A DNA stretch of 64,000 nt from an uncultured Gemmatimonadales bacterium (GTDB lineage Bacteria > Gemmatimonadota > Gemmatimonadetes > Longimicrobiales > RSA9). The notes beneath the pieces were generated by a model, which searched no databases, had not been told where the DNA came from, and worked only from the letters and a program-made list of their open reading frames with translations. The DNA lies in assembly GCA_963741945.1 (NCBI GenBank), contig CAVUKA010000003.1, forward strand, positions 668,522 to 732,521, given 5' to 3'. The position numbers were made by a program, and so were the translations under genes. Positions 44,093 through 54,191 of the stretch are shown piece by piece. Positions within the stretch are counted from its first letter, which is position 1, and every line of letters starts with the position of its first letter.

Positions 44093-45525
44093 GCGCCACG
44101 GCGCTGGACGCCGGGCGGATCCCCGCGCCTTCCACCTGGCGACGACGGCTCCGGCGCGCGCGTCGCACCCACCACCCTCGCTCCACCGGCGACCTCCTCA
44201 CGGACCTGTACATGCTGCTCTGGGTCCTGGTGGTGTACGGGGGCGCGCTGGTGTCCGTCGTGCGGGAGCACCTGCGCACTCCGGTGGGCGTTCCGGGTGT
44301 GGCGGTGGAGCGACTGTGGATTGCCAGCGCGGTGCTGCTGGCGGGCGCCGGCCTGACCTGGCGCGGCCTGCGCGCGGTGGGCCCCATCGTCGCCTCTCCG
44401 TCCGAGCAGTCGTGGGGCGTGGCCACGCCCATGGACCGGCGACGCTGGCTCCTGCCGCGCTTCCTGATCCTGCTGCTGGCCGGGCTGCTGGGCGGCGCGG
44501 CGGCCGCGGGGCTGGTGGTGGTGCTCGGGATGCAGGGCCACGGCTTCCGCGCGGCCCTGATCGCCGGCGGCGTCTGGGGGCTGGGAAGCGTCGCGGCCGC
44601 CGTGGCGGCGCAGGCGAGTGCACGACCGCGGGGCCATGGGCGCCGGCGCCGCCGGGTCGCGCTCGCCGGCCCGGTCCTGACGCTCGCCGGGGCCGCCGCC
44701 GCGGGCGCGGTGGTGGCGGCGCATTACGGCGGCCGCCTCCTCCCGCGACCGCCAGCCGCGCTCGTGCCGGGGCTCGTTGCCATGGGCGCCGTTTTCGCCA
44801 CCGTAGCTCTGGCCGCGGCCATTCTCGCGCTGCGGCGCATCGACCGCGCCGCCCTCGGCGCCGGCGCTGACATCGCGGCGGCCGCGCTCAGCGCCACCGC
44901 CTGGACCGATCCCACGCTCCTCACCCGTGTTCTCGAAGTCCGCCGCTGGCGACGCGTGGGCCGGGTGCGCAGCCGACACTTCCTCCCTGCCGTGCCCGGG
45001 CTGTCGCCCCGCGTGTGGGCCCTGCTGCAGGGCGATGCCCGGCGGGTGGCGAGGCGCCCGATGTCGCTCGTGGTGTGGGCCGCGCTGGGGCTGGCGCAGT
45101 ACGCCATCGCGGTGGTGGCGCCACCGGTGGCGGGCGTGGCCCACGTGATCGCCGCGTACGTGGCGGCGGGCCGCCTGACGAGCGGACTTCGCACCGTGGC
45201 CGGCTCGGCGGGGCTGCGGCGCTCGATCGGCGGCGGGGAGGCGGAGCTCCGGCTCGTGCACCTGGTCGTGCCCGCCGTGGGCACGGCCCTCTGGTGGGTC
45301 CTGACCTGGCCCGCCGGCGGGCCGCCACTGGGGTCCGCCGAAGTGTTCCTGGTCCTCGGCATCGTGGCGGCTGCGTACCGCTCCGCAACGCGTCCTCCCA
45401 TGCGGTATGGCGCGTCCACCATGGACTCCCCCGTGGGCCTCTTCCCCACGGACCTGCTGCTGCAGATCGCGCGAGGGCCGGATCTCCTGGGCGTGGTGCT
45501 GATCGTGCGACTGATCCTCCGTTGA
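44089..45525 (+). CDS. Polytopic membrane protein coupled to the ABC ATPase (DUF6297-like putative permease component)
   Basis: GTG 44089 overlaps the ATPase TGA (GTGA). It is about 478 aa with 10 or more hydrophobic segments and Arg-rich loops. The family name is from memory of actinobacterial ABC-adjacent proteins and was not searched. Confidence 0.65.
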   Translation: MSATALDAGRIPAPSTWRRRLRRARRTHHPRSTGDLLTDLYMLLWVLVVYGGALVSVVREHLRTPVGVPGVAVERLWIASAVLLAGAGLTWRGLRAVGPIVASPSEQSWGVATPMDRRRWLLPRFLILLLAGLLGGAAAAGLVVVLGMQGHGFRAALIAGGVWGLGSVAAAVAAQASARPRGHGRRRRRVALAGPVLTLAGAAAAGAVVAAHYGGRLLPRPPAALVPGLVAMGAVFATVALAAAILALRRIDRAALGAGADIAAAALSATAWTDPTLLTRVLEVRRWRRVGRVRSRHFLPAVPGLSPRVWALLQGDARRVARRPMSLVVWAALGLAQYAIAVVAPPVAGVAHVIAAYVAAGRLTSGLRTVAGSAGLRRSIGGGEAELRLVHLVVPAVGTALWWVLTWPAGGPPLGSAEVFLVLGIVAAAYRSATRPPMRYGASTMDSPVGLFPTDLLLQIARGPDLLGVVLIVRLILR

Positions 45526-45661
45526 GCGGACCGGGAGACCGCGACCGGAGAGACGGTGGCGGCGGACGCCGGGCATTGCCACGGCCCCGTGTCCCTCACC
45601 ACTCTACTTCCCGCAGCGTGCGCGGACCGGGCGCACCACGACTCTCGGCCGGAGGACGGAG

Positions 45662-46525
45662 ATGAGGAGGACGGGGGCCGCGTTTCTCGTGGCCGGCCTC
45701 GCGTGGATGGCCATCTCGGGATGCGACGATGGCACTTCACCCGGCAGCGACCTGATCGGGGAGTACACGGCCGTCGAAGTCGACGGGGGCTCGCTCCCGA
45801 CCCGGTGGCGCCCCGCGGTCGACCTGACCGGCGCCCTCCTCACCATCGGAGACGCCCCTACCCGGCAGTTCGCCATCGCGTATCTGCTCGCGGTGCACGA
45901 CACCACCCCACCCCCACCCCCGGACACCACGACGCCGCCCGACACCACCGGCTCGCCGCCGGACACGAGCGCGGCCAGCCCGGCGGAGGCGCGGCTCGCC
46001 CGTGCGCTCCGCGGGGCCGGGGCCCCCGCGGCCCCCGCTGACCGCATCACCACCGACACCTGCTTCGTCCACGGCAGCTGGAAGATGGAGGGCGGCTCGT
46101 TCGTGGTGCTGGACAGCACCATCGCTGTGGCGGGGAGCATGTGCGGTCCCGAGATCGCACTGTCCGAAGCGTCGGGCGCCATCGCCGCCGACGTGGACGC
46201 GACGGAAGAGGAGGGGGGACCCTACCACGCTCTCCGGTTCGAGCCCCGGCGAGTGGCGCAACTGGCGGCCTCGCCGGACTCGCTGCTCTTCGGCGCGCTC
46301 CAGCAGACCCGGACGTTCCACGTCCTGCTCACGGACCAGGCGGGCGTCGCCTACGACGCGCGCACCGAGCTCGGCCTCGCGCTCCAGGGCGCGCCCATCG
46401 TGGCGCTGGTGCAGAGCGGTGCCCCCGACTCGCTGTCGCTCATGTCCATCGGCACCGGGCGGGCGCAGCTGATCCTCTTCGGTGGAGCGCGCGCCGACAC
46501 CATCGGGATCACGGTGATCCAGTAG
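45662..46525 (+). CDS. Hypothetical lipoprotein with Pro/Thr-rich linker
   Basis: GGAGGACGGAG RBS, lipobox WMAISGC, linker TTPPPPPDTTTPPDTTGSPPDT, and a beta-rich C-terminal domain. Confidence 0.65.
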   Translation: MRRTGAAFLVAGLAWMAISGCDDGTSPGSDLIGEYTAVEVDGGSLPTRWRPAVDLTGALLTIGDAPTRQFAIAYLLAVHDTTPPPPPDTTTPPDTTGSPPDTSAASPAEARLARALRGAGAPAAPADRITTDTCFVHGSWKMEGGSFVVLDSTIAVAGSMCGPEIALSEASGAIAADVDATEEEGGPYHALRFEPRRVAQLAASPDSLLFGALQQTRTFHVLLTDQAGVAYDARTELGLALQGAPIVALVQSGAPDSLSLMSIGTGRAQLILFGGARADTIGITVIQ

Positions 46526-46602
46526 CGAGGCCACCCCCTTCCCACGCGTCCCGCGCCCCGCCATACTCCCCACGTTCACGCAACCGAATCAGGGCGAAGG
46601 TG

Positions 46603-47514
46603 ATGAAGCAGGCACGGACGATCGGTGGCGCCGCGGCGCTGCTGGCAATGGTGGTGGGAACGGCCAGCGCGGCCATGTGGGGAGCGACCGGTCACGAGAT
46701 CGTGGGCGAAGTGGCAGCGGCGGGGCTGCCCGGCGACATGCCCGCCTTCTTCCGGGACGCCGCGCCCCAGCTCCGCTGGCTCGACCCGGAGCCGGACCGG
46801 TGGCGCGACCGTCAGGCCACGGCGATGGACGAGGCGTTCAAGTACGACCACTTCATCGACCTGGAGAACGTCCCTGCCGCGGCGCTCGCGGCGCCCGACC
46901 GGTACACGTACCTGGAAGCGCTCTTCGCCGCGGGGCTGAAGAACCCGCAGCAGTCGGCCGGGTTCCTGCCCTTCCGCATCCTGGAGCTGCAGGAGCGGGT
47001 GACGAACGGCTTCGCCCGCTGGCGGCGAGCCGGTAGCGAGCAGGAGCGGCGCTGGATCGAGGCGAGGGTCATCAACGACGCCGGAATCCTCGGGCACTAC
47101 GTGGCCGACGGCTCCAACCCGCACCACACCACCATCCACTACAACGGCTGGGCCGAGGAGGCCCCGAACCCGCGGGGGTTCACCACGGCCCACGACATCC
47201 ACTGGCGCTTCGAGAGCCTGTTCGTGGACGCACACGTGAACGTCACGGACGTGGCCGCGGCGGTCCCGGCCGGCACGCACGTCGTGCCGGACGTGCGGCA
47301 GGGGATCATGGACTACCTCATGGCCACGCACGCGCAGGTGGTCCCGCTCTACGAGATCGAGCAGAACGTGGGCTTTCCCGGCGACTCCGCCACCGCCGCG
47401 CCGGCCGCGCAGGCGTTCGTCGTCGACCGCCTCGCCGCGGGCGCCGAGATGCTGCGCGCACTCTGGTACACGGCCTGGGTCGACAGCGACGCCGTGGCGA
47501 AGCGCCTCCGCTGA
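46603..47514 (+). CDS. S1/P1-family nuclease (phospholipase C/P1 nuclease fold), secreted
   Basis: The signal peptide is followed by WGATGHEIVG (family N-terminal WGxxGH motif), then GHYVADGSNPHHTT metal-ligand blocks. ATG 46603 lies inside track ORF 46141..47514. Confidence 0.78.
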   Translation: MKQARTIGGAAALLAMVVGTASAAMWGATGHEIVGEVAAAGLPGDMPAFFRDAAPQLRWLDPEPDRWRDRQATAMDEAFKYDHFIDLENVPAAALAAPDRYTYLEALFAAGLKNPQQSAGFLPFRILELQERVTNGFARWRRAGSEQERRWIEARVINDAGILGHYVADGSNPHHTTIHYNGWAEEAPNPRGFTTAHDIHWRFESLFVDAHVNVTDVAAAVPAGTHVVPDVRQGIMDYLMATHAQVVPLYEIEQNVGFPGDSATAAPAAQAFVVDRLAAGAEMLRALWYTAWVDSDAVAKRLR

Positions 47515-47520
47515 GGGGAC

Positions 47521-48750
47521 ATGGACATGATCGATCGCATACGCGCGCAGTTCCCCGCCCTGGCCCGGCAGGTGAACGGGCACCCCGTCGCCTATTTCGA
47601 CGGCCCGGGCGGCACACAGGTGCCCGCGGCCGTGGCGGACGCGGTGCGCTCCTACCTGCTGGAGCACAACGCTAACGAAGGGTGGAACTATCCCACCAGT
47701 CAGGAGACCGACGCGCTGCTGTCGGAGGGGCGCGCGGCCATGGCCGACCTTTTCGGCGCGCTGCCTGACGAGATCGCGTTCGGTCAGAACATGACCACGC
47801 TCACGCTGCGGCTGTCACGGGCGCTCGGGCGCGAGCTGGAGCCGGGCGACCGGGTGGTGGTGACCGAGCTGGACCACCACGCCAACGTGGACCCGTGGAA
47901 AGCGCTGGCGGATGAGCGCGGGGCCGAGATCCGGGTGGTGCGCATGAATCCCGGCTCCGGCACGCTGGACCTGGACGACCTCCACAGCGCCCTGGCCGAG
48001 CCCACGAGCCTCGTCGCCATCGGGGCCGCATCGAACGCGCTGGGCACCATCTCCAATGTGGCCGAGGCGGCCGCCCTCGCGCACGACGCCGGCGCCACGG
48101 TGTTCGTGGACGCCGTCCATTACGCGCCCCACGAGCTGGTGGACGTCCACGCCCTCGGTGCTGACTTCCTGGCGGCCTCCCCGTACAAGTTCTACGGCCC
48201 CCACCTGGGCGTCCTCTGGGGGCCCGGCGAGGCCATGGAGCGGCTGCGTCTCCCCCGCGTGGCATCCGCGCCGGACCACGCGCCGGAGCGGTTCGAGACG
48301 GGGACCATCAGCTTCGAGGCCGTGGCCGGCGCCACCGCGGCCGTGGATTTCCTCGCCTCATTCGGTGATGACGCCGCGGCCGGCGACAACCGCCGCGCCC
48401 GTCTGCGGCGGGCCTACGAAGCGCTGAAGGAGCGTGGAGAGGGTCTGTTCCGGGCACTGTGGGACGGGATGAACGAGATCCCCGGCGTCGCCACCTACGG
48501 CCCGCCTCCGGGCGCCCGCCGCACGCCCACACTGGGCTTCGCCATTGCGGACCGGGATCCCCGGGATGCCGTGGCCGCTTACGCAGCGGAAGGGATCTTC
48601 GTCACGCACGGCGACTTCTACGCCACCACGGTCATCCAGCGCCTCGGACGCGGGGGGCCCGGGATCCTGCGCGCGGGGTGCGTCGCGTACACGTCGGACG
48701 AGGAAGTCCAGCGGCTCGTGGACGCCACGGCGAGGATCGCCGCCGGCTGA
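47521..48750 (+). CDS. Class V aminotransferase / cysteine desulfurase-like protein
   Basis: IRAQFPAL...VAYFDGPGGTQVP N-terminus and 409-aa fold-type I PLP enzyme layout (..SPYKFYGPHLGVLWG..). Confidence 0.85.
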   Translation: MDMIDRIRAQFPALARQVNGHPVAYFDGPGGTQVPAAVADAVRSYLLEHNANEGWNYPTSQETDALLSEGRAAMADLFGALPDEIAFGQNMTTLTLRLSRALGRELEPGDRVVVTELDHHANVDPWKALADERGAEIRVVRMNPGSGTLDLDDLHSALAEPTSLVAIGAASNALGTISNVAEAAALAHDAGATVFVDAVHYAPHELVDVHALGADFLAASPYKFYGPHLGVLWGPGEAMERLRLPRVASAPDHAPERFETGTISFEAVAGATAAVDFLASFGDDAAAGDNRRARLRRAYEALKERGEGLFRALWDGMNEIPGVATYGPPPGARRTPTLGFAIADRDPRDAVAAYAAEGIFVTHGDFYATTVIQRLGRGGPGILRAGCVAYTSDEEVQRLVDATARIAAG

Positions 48751-48792
48751 CGACCGGGGACGGCCGGTCTCTCTCCTCCCGGCCCGCCCGTC

Positions 48793-49905
48793 TCAGAGCC
48801 GAACCGCCGCGCCTCCCCGGGAGACCGTGTCAGCGGCCGACCCCTCCGGCTCGAGCCACGCCTCCAGCTGCTCGGCGCGCCGCTCCTTCGTGTGTTCGGC
48901 CAGTACCCGCGCCCTCGCCGCCTCGCCGATGGACCGGCGGTCCGCCGCGTGCATCGTCAGCGCTTCCAGCACGCCGTCCGGCCCGCCGGGGAGCACGATC
49001 TCACGGCCGGGCGTGAACAGCTCTTCCAGCCCCTCCCACCGATCCGACAGCATCGGCGCGCCGCACGCCGCCGCTTCGAACAAACGCACGGAAGGTGACC
49101 ATCCGGCCCGCTTCATGTCCGCTCGTGTCAGGTTCAGCTGCCACGCCGAGCTGGAATAGAACGCGGCGTGACGGGCGGGCGGGACGTGGTCGATGTGACG
49201 GACGTTCCGCGGCCAGCTCCCGGGATCGGGATACTGGGGCCCGCCCACGACGAAGCTCGCCGCCGCGCGTCGGCGCGCCGGCTCCAGCAGCAGCCGCTCC
49301 ATCCCGGGAGCGCGGTCGTCGCTGTACGTGCCCATGTACGCCAGGTCGGCCACGAACTCGGGATCCGGATCCACCGGTCGATACAGCTCGGCGTCCACGG
49401 AGCAGTAGAGCGGCCTGGCGTCGCGGGCCCCCAGCTCCGCTTCCAGCACTTCGGACAGGAACGGGCCCCCGGTGAACGAGAAATAGCGGTGGAAGAGCGG
49501 TACCTGGTCCGGCCGCAGCGACACGGTCTCCCCCCGGCGCAGCTGCGCCACCGTGACGGGCGTGTCAATGTCATAGAAGCAGAGCCGCTGGGCGCCCGCG
49601 CCGGCCAGGGCATCGATCACTCTCGGCCCTTCGTGGACGTACGACCCCACGATCGTGGCATCGGCCTCCCGCGCTTCGGCCAGCGCCCGCCCGGCCACGG
49701 CGTCCCACGACGCGTACAGCTCCAGCCGGCAGAAGTCGGGGTCCGGCAGGTCACGATGCTCGCCCCAGTACCACGGCGCGTCCCACTCGTAGAACACCAC
49801 CTCGTGGCCCCGGGCCGAGAACGCACGGAGCAGCGCCCGGTACGTGGTGGCGTGACCGTTCCCCCAGCTCGAGCTCAATGACAGTCCGACCACCACGACC
49901 TTCAT
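48793..49905 (-). CDS. CgeB-like glycosyltransferase-family protein (paralogue 1)
   Basis: MKVVVVGLSLSSSWGNGHATTYRALLRAFSARGHEV.. with a C-terminal block LNLTRADMKRAGWSPSVRLFEAAACGAPMLSD.W.GLEELF.PG.EI. ATG 49905 overlaps the upstream TGA (ATGA). Confidence 0.78.
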   Translation of the reverse strand: MKVVVVGLSLSSSWGNGHATTYRALLRAFSARGHEVVFYEWDAPWYWGEHRDLPDPDFCRLELYASWDAVAGRALAEAREADATIVGSYVHEGPRVIDALAGAGAQRLCFYDIDTPVTVAQLRRGETVSLRPDQVPLFHRYFSFTGGPFLSEVLEAELGARDARPLYCSVDAELYRPVDPDPEFVADLAYMGTYSDDRAPGMERLLLEPARRRAAASFVVGGPQYPDPGSWPRNVRHIDHVPPARHAAFYSSSAWQLNLTRADMKRAGWSPSVRLFEAAACGAPMLSDRWEGLEELFTPGREIVLPGGPDGVLEALTMHAADRRSIGEAARARVLAEHTKERRAEQLEAWLEPEGSAADTVSRGGAAVRL

Positions 49906-51023
49906 CGGCTCGCCCCCTCCCGGAGGATCGCGTCCACCTGCTCCGCCCGGCTCGCGTACGTGTGATCGCGCAGCGCGCGGCGTCGCCCGGCGTCGCCCAC
50001 CTCGCGCGCCCGCTCGAGCCCCACGTCCCGGACCATCCCGGCCACGTCGTCGGGCGTCCGCGCCACCAGGATCTCCCGTCCCGGCTCGAAGAACGCTTCG
50101 ATCCCCGTCCAGGCGTCGCTCACCTGGCACGCGGCGGCGCCGGCCGCTTCGAACATGCGCGTGGCGGGCGAGTACCCGTTCTCCACCATTGAATCCCGGT
50201 GGATGTTCAGCACCAGCCGGGCGGCACCGTTCAGCTCGTTGTGCCTCGCCGTGGGCACATGCCCGAGGTAATCGACATTCCCGGGCATGGCGCGATCGCC
50301 CCAGCCGCTCCCGCCCAGCGCGAACGAGTGGTGCGGGCACGCCGCCGCCACGTCGAAGAAGAACGCGTCGACCCTCGCCTCACGGTCCGGGAGGCGGTTC
50401 CCCATGAAGAACGCATCCCAGCGCGGGGGTCCGCCGTTCCGCTCCGGCCGGTGCTCGGCCGGGTCCAGCCCGTTGTAGACGGGGGTGCACGCCCGAGCCC
50501 CCAGCCGCTCGTACTCCCGCACCACCGGCGGGCCGCCGCCGTACGTGAACACGTGGTCGAAGAGCGGGAGGTGGCGGTGGAAGGGGTCGTCCGGGTCCAC
50601 GCGCAGCCGGGCGAGCGTGGCCGGAGCGTCCACGTCCCAGAACGCGGTCCTTGCGACGCCGGGCGCCCGCGCCGCTCCGGCCGATCCGGCGGCGCGGGAT
50701 TCCACGGCCCCGCCGGCGGCGATGGCACGCTCCAGCGCGGCGTCCCACACGCCCACGCCGCTGCACTTGATGACCCAGTCGCTGTGGCGGAGGGCCTCGG
50801 CCACCAGCCGGTCCCGCTCCTCCTCCGAATCGTAGACCACGACACGTGCGTAGTCCGGGTCCTCGGTCAGGTCGCGGTTCGCCTGGCGGTCGAACGCATC
50901 GGGCTCGCAGAACGTGATGTCGAACCCGCGCTCCGCCAGCGCGCGCAGGAGGCCGCGGTAGTAGGTGGCCGCGCCGTTCCAGTACGCGGAAACCAGGGAA
51001 GATCCGAAGAAGGTGAGCTTCAT
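49902..51023 (-). CDS. CgeB-like glycosyltransferase-family protein (paralogue 2)
   Basis: MKLTFFGSSLVSAYWNGAATYYRGLLRALAERGFDI.. and LNIHRDSMVENGYSPATRMFEAAGAAACQVSDAWTGIEAFFEPGREI. It is clearly paralogous to the downstream gene. The rest of track ORF 49902..52355 is shadow. Confidence 0.78.
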   Translation of the reverse strand: MKLTFFGSSLVSAYWNGAATYYRGLLRALAERGFDITFCEPDAFDRQANRDLTEDPDYARVVVYDSEEERDRLVAEALRHSDWVIKCSGVGVWDAALERAIAAGGAVESRAAGSAGAARAPGVARTAFWDVDAPATLARLRVDPDDPFHRHLPLFDHVFTYGGGPPVVREYERLGARACTPVYNGLDPAEHRPERNGGPPRWDAFFMGNRLPDREARVDAFFFDVAAACPHHSFALGGSGWGDRAMPGNVDYLGHVPTARHNELNGAARLVLNIHRDSMVENGYSPATRMFEAAGAAACQVSDAWTGIEAFFEPGREILVARTPDDVAGMVRDVGLERAREVGDAGRRRALRDHTYASRAEQVDAILREGASR

Positions 51024-51037
51024 CGCGTTCCGGGCGT

Positions 51038-52162
51038 TCAGGATACCGCGCGCAGCGCGGCCTTGCCCGGGTTGTTCCGGCCACCACGGCCGGTGAGCTC
51101 GAAATAGAGCGCCTCGTAGCGATCGGCCATGTGCGCGGCCGTGTAGTCGGTCCGGGCGCGGATCCTGGCCTGCCACGCCTGCTCGTTCAGCTGCTGCGCA
51201 TCCTCGAGCAGGTTCTCCAGGCGCACCGCCAGGTCCGCGGCGCTCCCCGGCTCGAAGAAGGAGGCCGCGTCCGTCCACAGCTCCCGGAAGGAGCCGATCC
51301 CACTCAGCAGGAGCGCGCAGCCGTGCGCGGCCGCCTCCAGCGGGGAAAGCCCGAACGGCTCGTACAGTGACGACCCGATATAGACGCGCGTGTTCTGGTA
51401 GAAACGGTCCATGGCCGCGCCCGGGACTTCCCCGTGGGCAATGAGGCGGTTCACCACCGCCCGCTCGCCCGCCGGCCCCTCCAGCGGACCCACCAGGTGG
51501 ACCGACGGCGCCTGGTCCCCCATACGCTCGAGCGCCTGTTCCACCACGGCCACGCCCTTGGCCTCGTCCCACGCCCGCCCGGCCAGCAGCACCATGGGAC
51601 GGTGCGACGCCCGCACTTCGTCGCGCGGCACGTCCGGTGGACGGATGCCGTTGTGGATCACGCGCGCGGCCGTTCGACCGTAGTGCTGCGCCAGCCGCCC
51701 CGACTGGTACGCCGTGGGCGCCACCACGGCGCTCGCCGCGGTCAGGGCGGCGCGCACCAGCTTCGTGTACGCATCCCAGGCGGGGGGCGGGTCGACGCCT
51801 TGGACATCGACGAACCAGGAGCGCACATCGCTGTGGGCCGTGACCAGGACCGGGGCGTCGAACCGGCCCACGGCGTACGCGAACTGATTCAGGTGAATGA
51901 CGTCGGGCCGCCAGCGTGCGGCCACCCGCTCCAGCCACTCCGTCCCCCGCTCCAGGTCCTGACCGGGGTCGGGCATCCATTCGAGCGCCAGCGCCTGGCT
52001 GACCACTTCCACGTCCGTCGGGAGCGACGCCGCGCGCTCGTCCGACAGCTCGCCGAGCACCGCGATGGCGCAGCTGTGCCCGCGCTCGAGAAGCTCGCGC
52101 ACGAGCGTGTCCGTGTACCGCCAGACTCCGCCGACAGTATCCGTCGTGAGAAGAATCCTCAT
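51038..52162 (-). CDS. GT4-family (GT-B fold) glycosyltransferase
   Basis: MRILLTTDTVGGVWRYT.. and C-terminal SLYEPFGLSPLEAAAHGCALLLS (EX7E-type region). ATG 52162 overlaps the upstream TGA. Confidence 0.85.
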   Translation of the reverse strand: MRILLTTDTVGGVWRYTDTLVRELLERGHSCAIAVLGELSDERAASLPTDVEVVSQALALEWMPDPGQDLERGTEWLERVAARWRPDVIHLNQFAYAVGRFDAPVLVTAHSDVRSWFVDVQGVDPPPAWDAYTKLVRAALTAASAVVAPTAYQSGRLAQHYGRTAARVIHNGIRPPDVPRDEVRASHRPMVLLAGRAWDEAKGVAVVEQALERMGDQAPSVHLVGPLEGPAGERAVVNRLIAHGEVPGAAMDRFYQNTRVYIGSSLYEPFGLSPLEAAAHGCALLLSGIGSFRELWTDAASFFEPGSAADLAVRLENLLEDAQQLNEQAWQARIRARTDYTAAHMADRYEALYFELTGRGGRNNPGKAALRAVS

Positions 52163-53190
52163 GGTCCGTATATGCGGTCAATGACCTCCGCGACGGCCAC
52201 CAGCTCCTCTGCCGCCGCATCATACGACGGATCGTCCGAGACCCGTCCGGCCCACGCGATCGCCGCCCGCCCGCCCCAGCTGTCCGGCGGCTCCACGAGC
52301 GTTTCCGCCCCGGTCCCACGGTACAGCTCCGCCCGGAAGTCGTAGAACGAGCCATCCACGTTCAGCATGGCCGCGCCCCCGTCCGTGCCATGGAAGCGCG
52401 CTTCGATCACCGCGTCCCGGCCCGCGTCGAGGTTCCAGGAGCAGGAGAGCCGCACCACGCGGCCGCCATCCAGCTCCAGTTGAACTTCCGCGTGGTCCTC
52501 CACTTCGGCAACATCGCGCGCGCGAACGCCACCGGCGAACAGGGCGGCGTCCACCGCTTCGACGCGCCCGCCCATGACCCAGAGCGCCAGGTCCACGAGG
52601 TGGATGCCGAGATCCATCACGCACCCGCCACCGGAGAGCGCGCGGTCGTAGAACCACTCCTTGTCGGGGCCGTACGCGTTGTGGAAGACGAGGTCGGCCG
52701 CGTACACGTCACCCAGGTCGCCGGCCCGGATCCGCTCCCGCAGCGCCCGCATGGCGGCAGTGTGCCGGTACGACATGTCGACCCCGAGCAGCCGGTCCGC
52801 CCGCCGCGCGGCATGCACCACCCTTCGCACTTCGTCGGCCGTGCGGCCCAGCGGCTTCTGGCAGAACACCGGGAGCCCACGCTCCAGCGCCGCCCTGGCC
52901 TGCGGGGCGTGGAGCGCGCTGGGCGTCGCGATCACCACGCCATCGATGTCGGCGTCCAGAACGTCGTCCAGCCCCGCGCCGTAGCGGGCGCCCGGGTACG
53001 CGCGGCGGAGCGCCGCGAGAGCGTCGTCCGACGGATCGGCCACGGCCGCCACCGTGGCCGCGCCCGCCTCGACCAGCGCGTCCATCCGGTTGCGGCCGAT
53101 CCAGCCCACGCCCACGAACGCCAGCGCCGGGGAGCGGGAGAGCGCCCGCGGCGGTCGGCTCTCGGGCGTCCTGGAGGCGACGGTGGTCAT
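52159..53190 (-). CDS. Gfo/Idh/MocA-family NAD(P)-dependent oxidoreductase
   Basis: Rossmann FVGVGWIGRNR..., the conserved FCQKPL block, and a C-terminal alpha/beta dimerisation domain. ATG 53190 overlaps the upstream TGA. Confidence 0.85.
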   Translation of the reverse strand: MTTVASRTPESRPPRALSRSPALAFVGVGWIGRNRMDALVEAGAATVAAVADPSDDALAALRRAYPGARYGAGLDDVLDADIDGVVIATPSALHAPQARAALERGLPVFCQKPLGRTADEVRRVVHAARRADRLLGVDMSYRHTAAMRALRERIRAGDLGDVYAADLVFHNAYGPDKEWFYDRALSGGGCVMDLGIHLVDLALWVMGGRVEAVDAALFAGGVRARDVAEVEDHAEVQLELDGGRVVRLSCSWNLDAGRDAVIEARFHGTDGGAAMLNVDGSFYDFRAELYRGTGAETLVEPPDSWGGRAAIAWAGRVSDDPSYDAAAEELVAVAEVIDRIYGP

Positions 53191-54191
53191 GACCGGACGA
53201 TCGCTTTAAGGAAGCCATCGGGGCGGTCGCGGGTGGCGTCCAGGGCGTCGCCGAGCCGCTCCAGCGCGAAGGCATCCGTGATGAGCGGCTCGGGGTCGAG
53301 CCGACCGTCCACCGTGGCCTCGACCGCCTGGCGCACACCGCCCAGGTACTGGGACGGATCGCGCTCGTGGGCATTGATGACGTCCAGCCCGCGCCAGTTC
53401 CACAGCTGCATGTCCACCTGCCGCGTACCATCCTGATGGTACCCGGCAATGACCAGACGACCGCGCACCCGCGTCAGCCGCCCCGCCAGATCCAGCGGGC
53501 CCTGCTTCCCGGTGGCTTCCACGACGACGTCGCACAGCATGCCGCCCGTCTCTTCCTCGATTGCCGCCACCGCCGCGTCGTGGTTCGTGACGTCCAGCGT
53601 GCGGTACGCACCCGCGCGCGCGGCCACGTCCCGGGCGAACGGCCGCCTGGACAGGCCGATCACCCGCGCGCCCGCGGCCACCGCGAGCTGCGTCACCAGC
53701 GCGCCGAGGAAGCCGATCCCCACCACGGCCACGGTCCGCCCCTCTTCGATCCCGCTCCGCTGGAACACGTTCATTGCGCAGCCCAGCGGCTCACCGGGAA
53801 ACGGGATCGCGTCGAGCTCGGGCGGGAGCGGAACGACCTCCGCCGCCGGCACCGTCATGTAGTCGGCAAACGCCCGGTCGCCCAGCGTCGCCACCCGGTC
53901 GCCTTCGCGGACGTTGTGCACGTCCGCACCGATCACTTCGACCAGGCCCCACCCTTCGTGGCCGGGGCTCCCCGGCGGGAACGGGTAGTCGAACCAGGGC
54001 GCGCCCTTCCACGGGCCCAGGTTCGAGCCGCACACTCCGCACCCCTGCAGCCGCACGACCACGTCCGTGGGGCCCGGATCCGGAAGCGGAATCTCCCCCA
54101 CCTCGATTCGGCCGGGCTGCGCGAGCACCGCCGCCCGGGTGGTCTCCGGCGCCGCACGCGCTGCGGCTTCCTTCGCGACCCCCACCTTCAC
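53187..54191 (-). CDS. Zinc-dependent alcohol/polyol dehydrogenase (MDR family)
   Basis: GCGVCGSNL, GHEGWG and VVGIGFLG (GxGxxG) motifs. GTG 54191 overlaps the upstream TGA (GTGA). The upstream part of the track ORF is shadow. Confidence 0.85.
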   Translation of the reverse strand: MKVGVAKEAAARAAPETTRAAVLAQPGRIEVGEIPLPDPGPTDVVVRLQGCGVCGSNLGPWKGAPWFDYPFPPGSPGHEGWGLVEVIGADVHNVREGDRVATLGDRAFADYMTVPAAEVVPLPPELDAIPFPGEPLGCAMNVFQRSGIEEGRTVAVVGIGFLGALVTQLAVAAGARVIGLSRRPFARDVAARAGAYRTLDVTNHDAAVAAIEEETGGMLCDVVVEATGKQGPLDLAGRLTRVRGRLVIAGYHQDGTRQVDMQLWNWRGLDVINAHERDPSQYLGGVRQAVEATVDGRLDPEPLITDAFALERLGDALDATRDRPDGFLKAIVRS

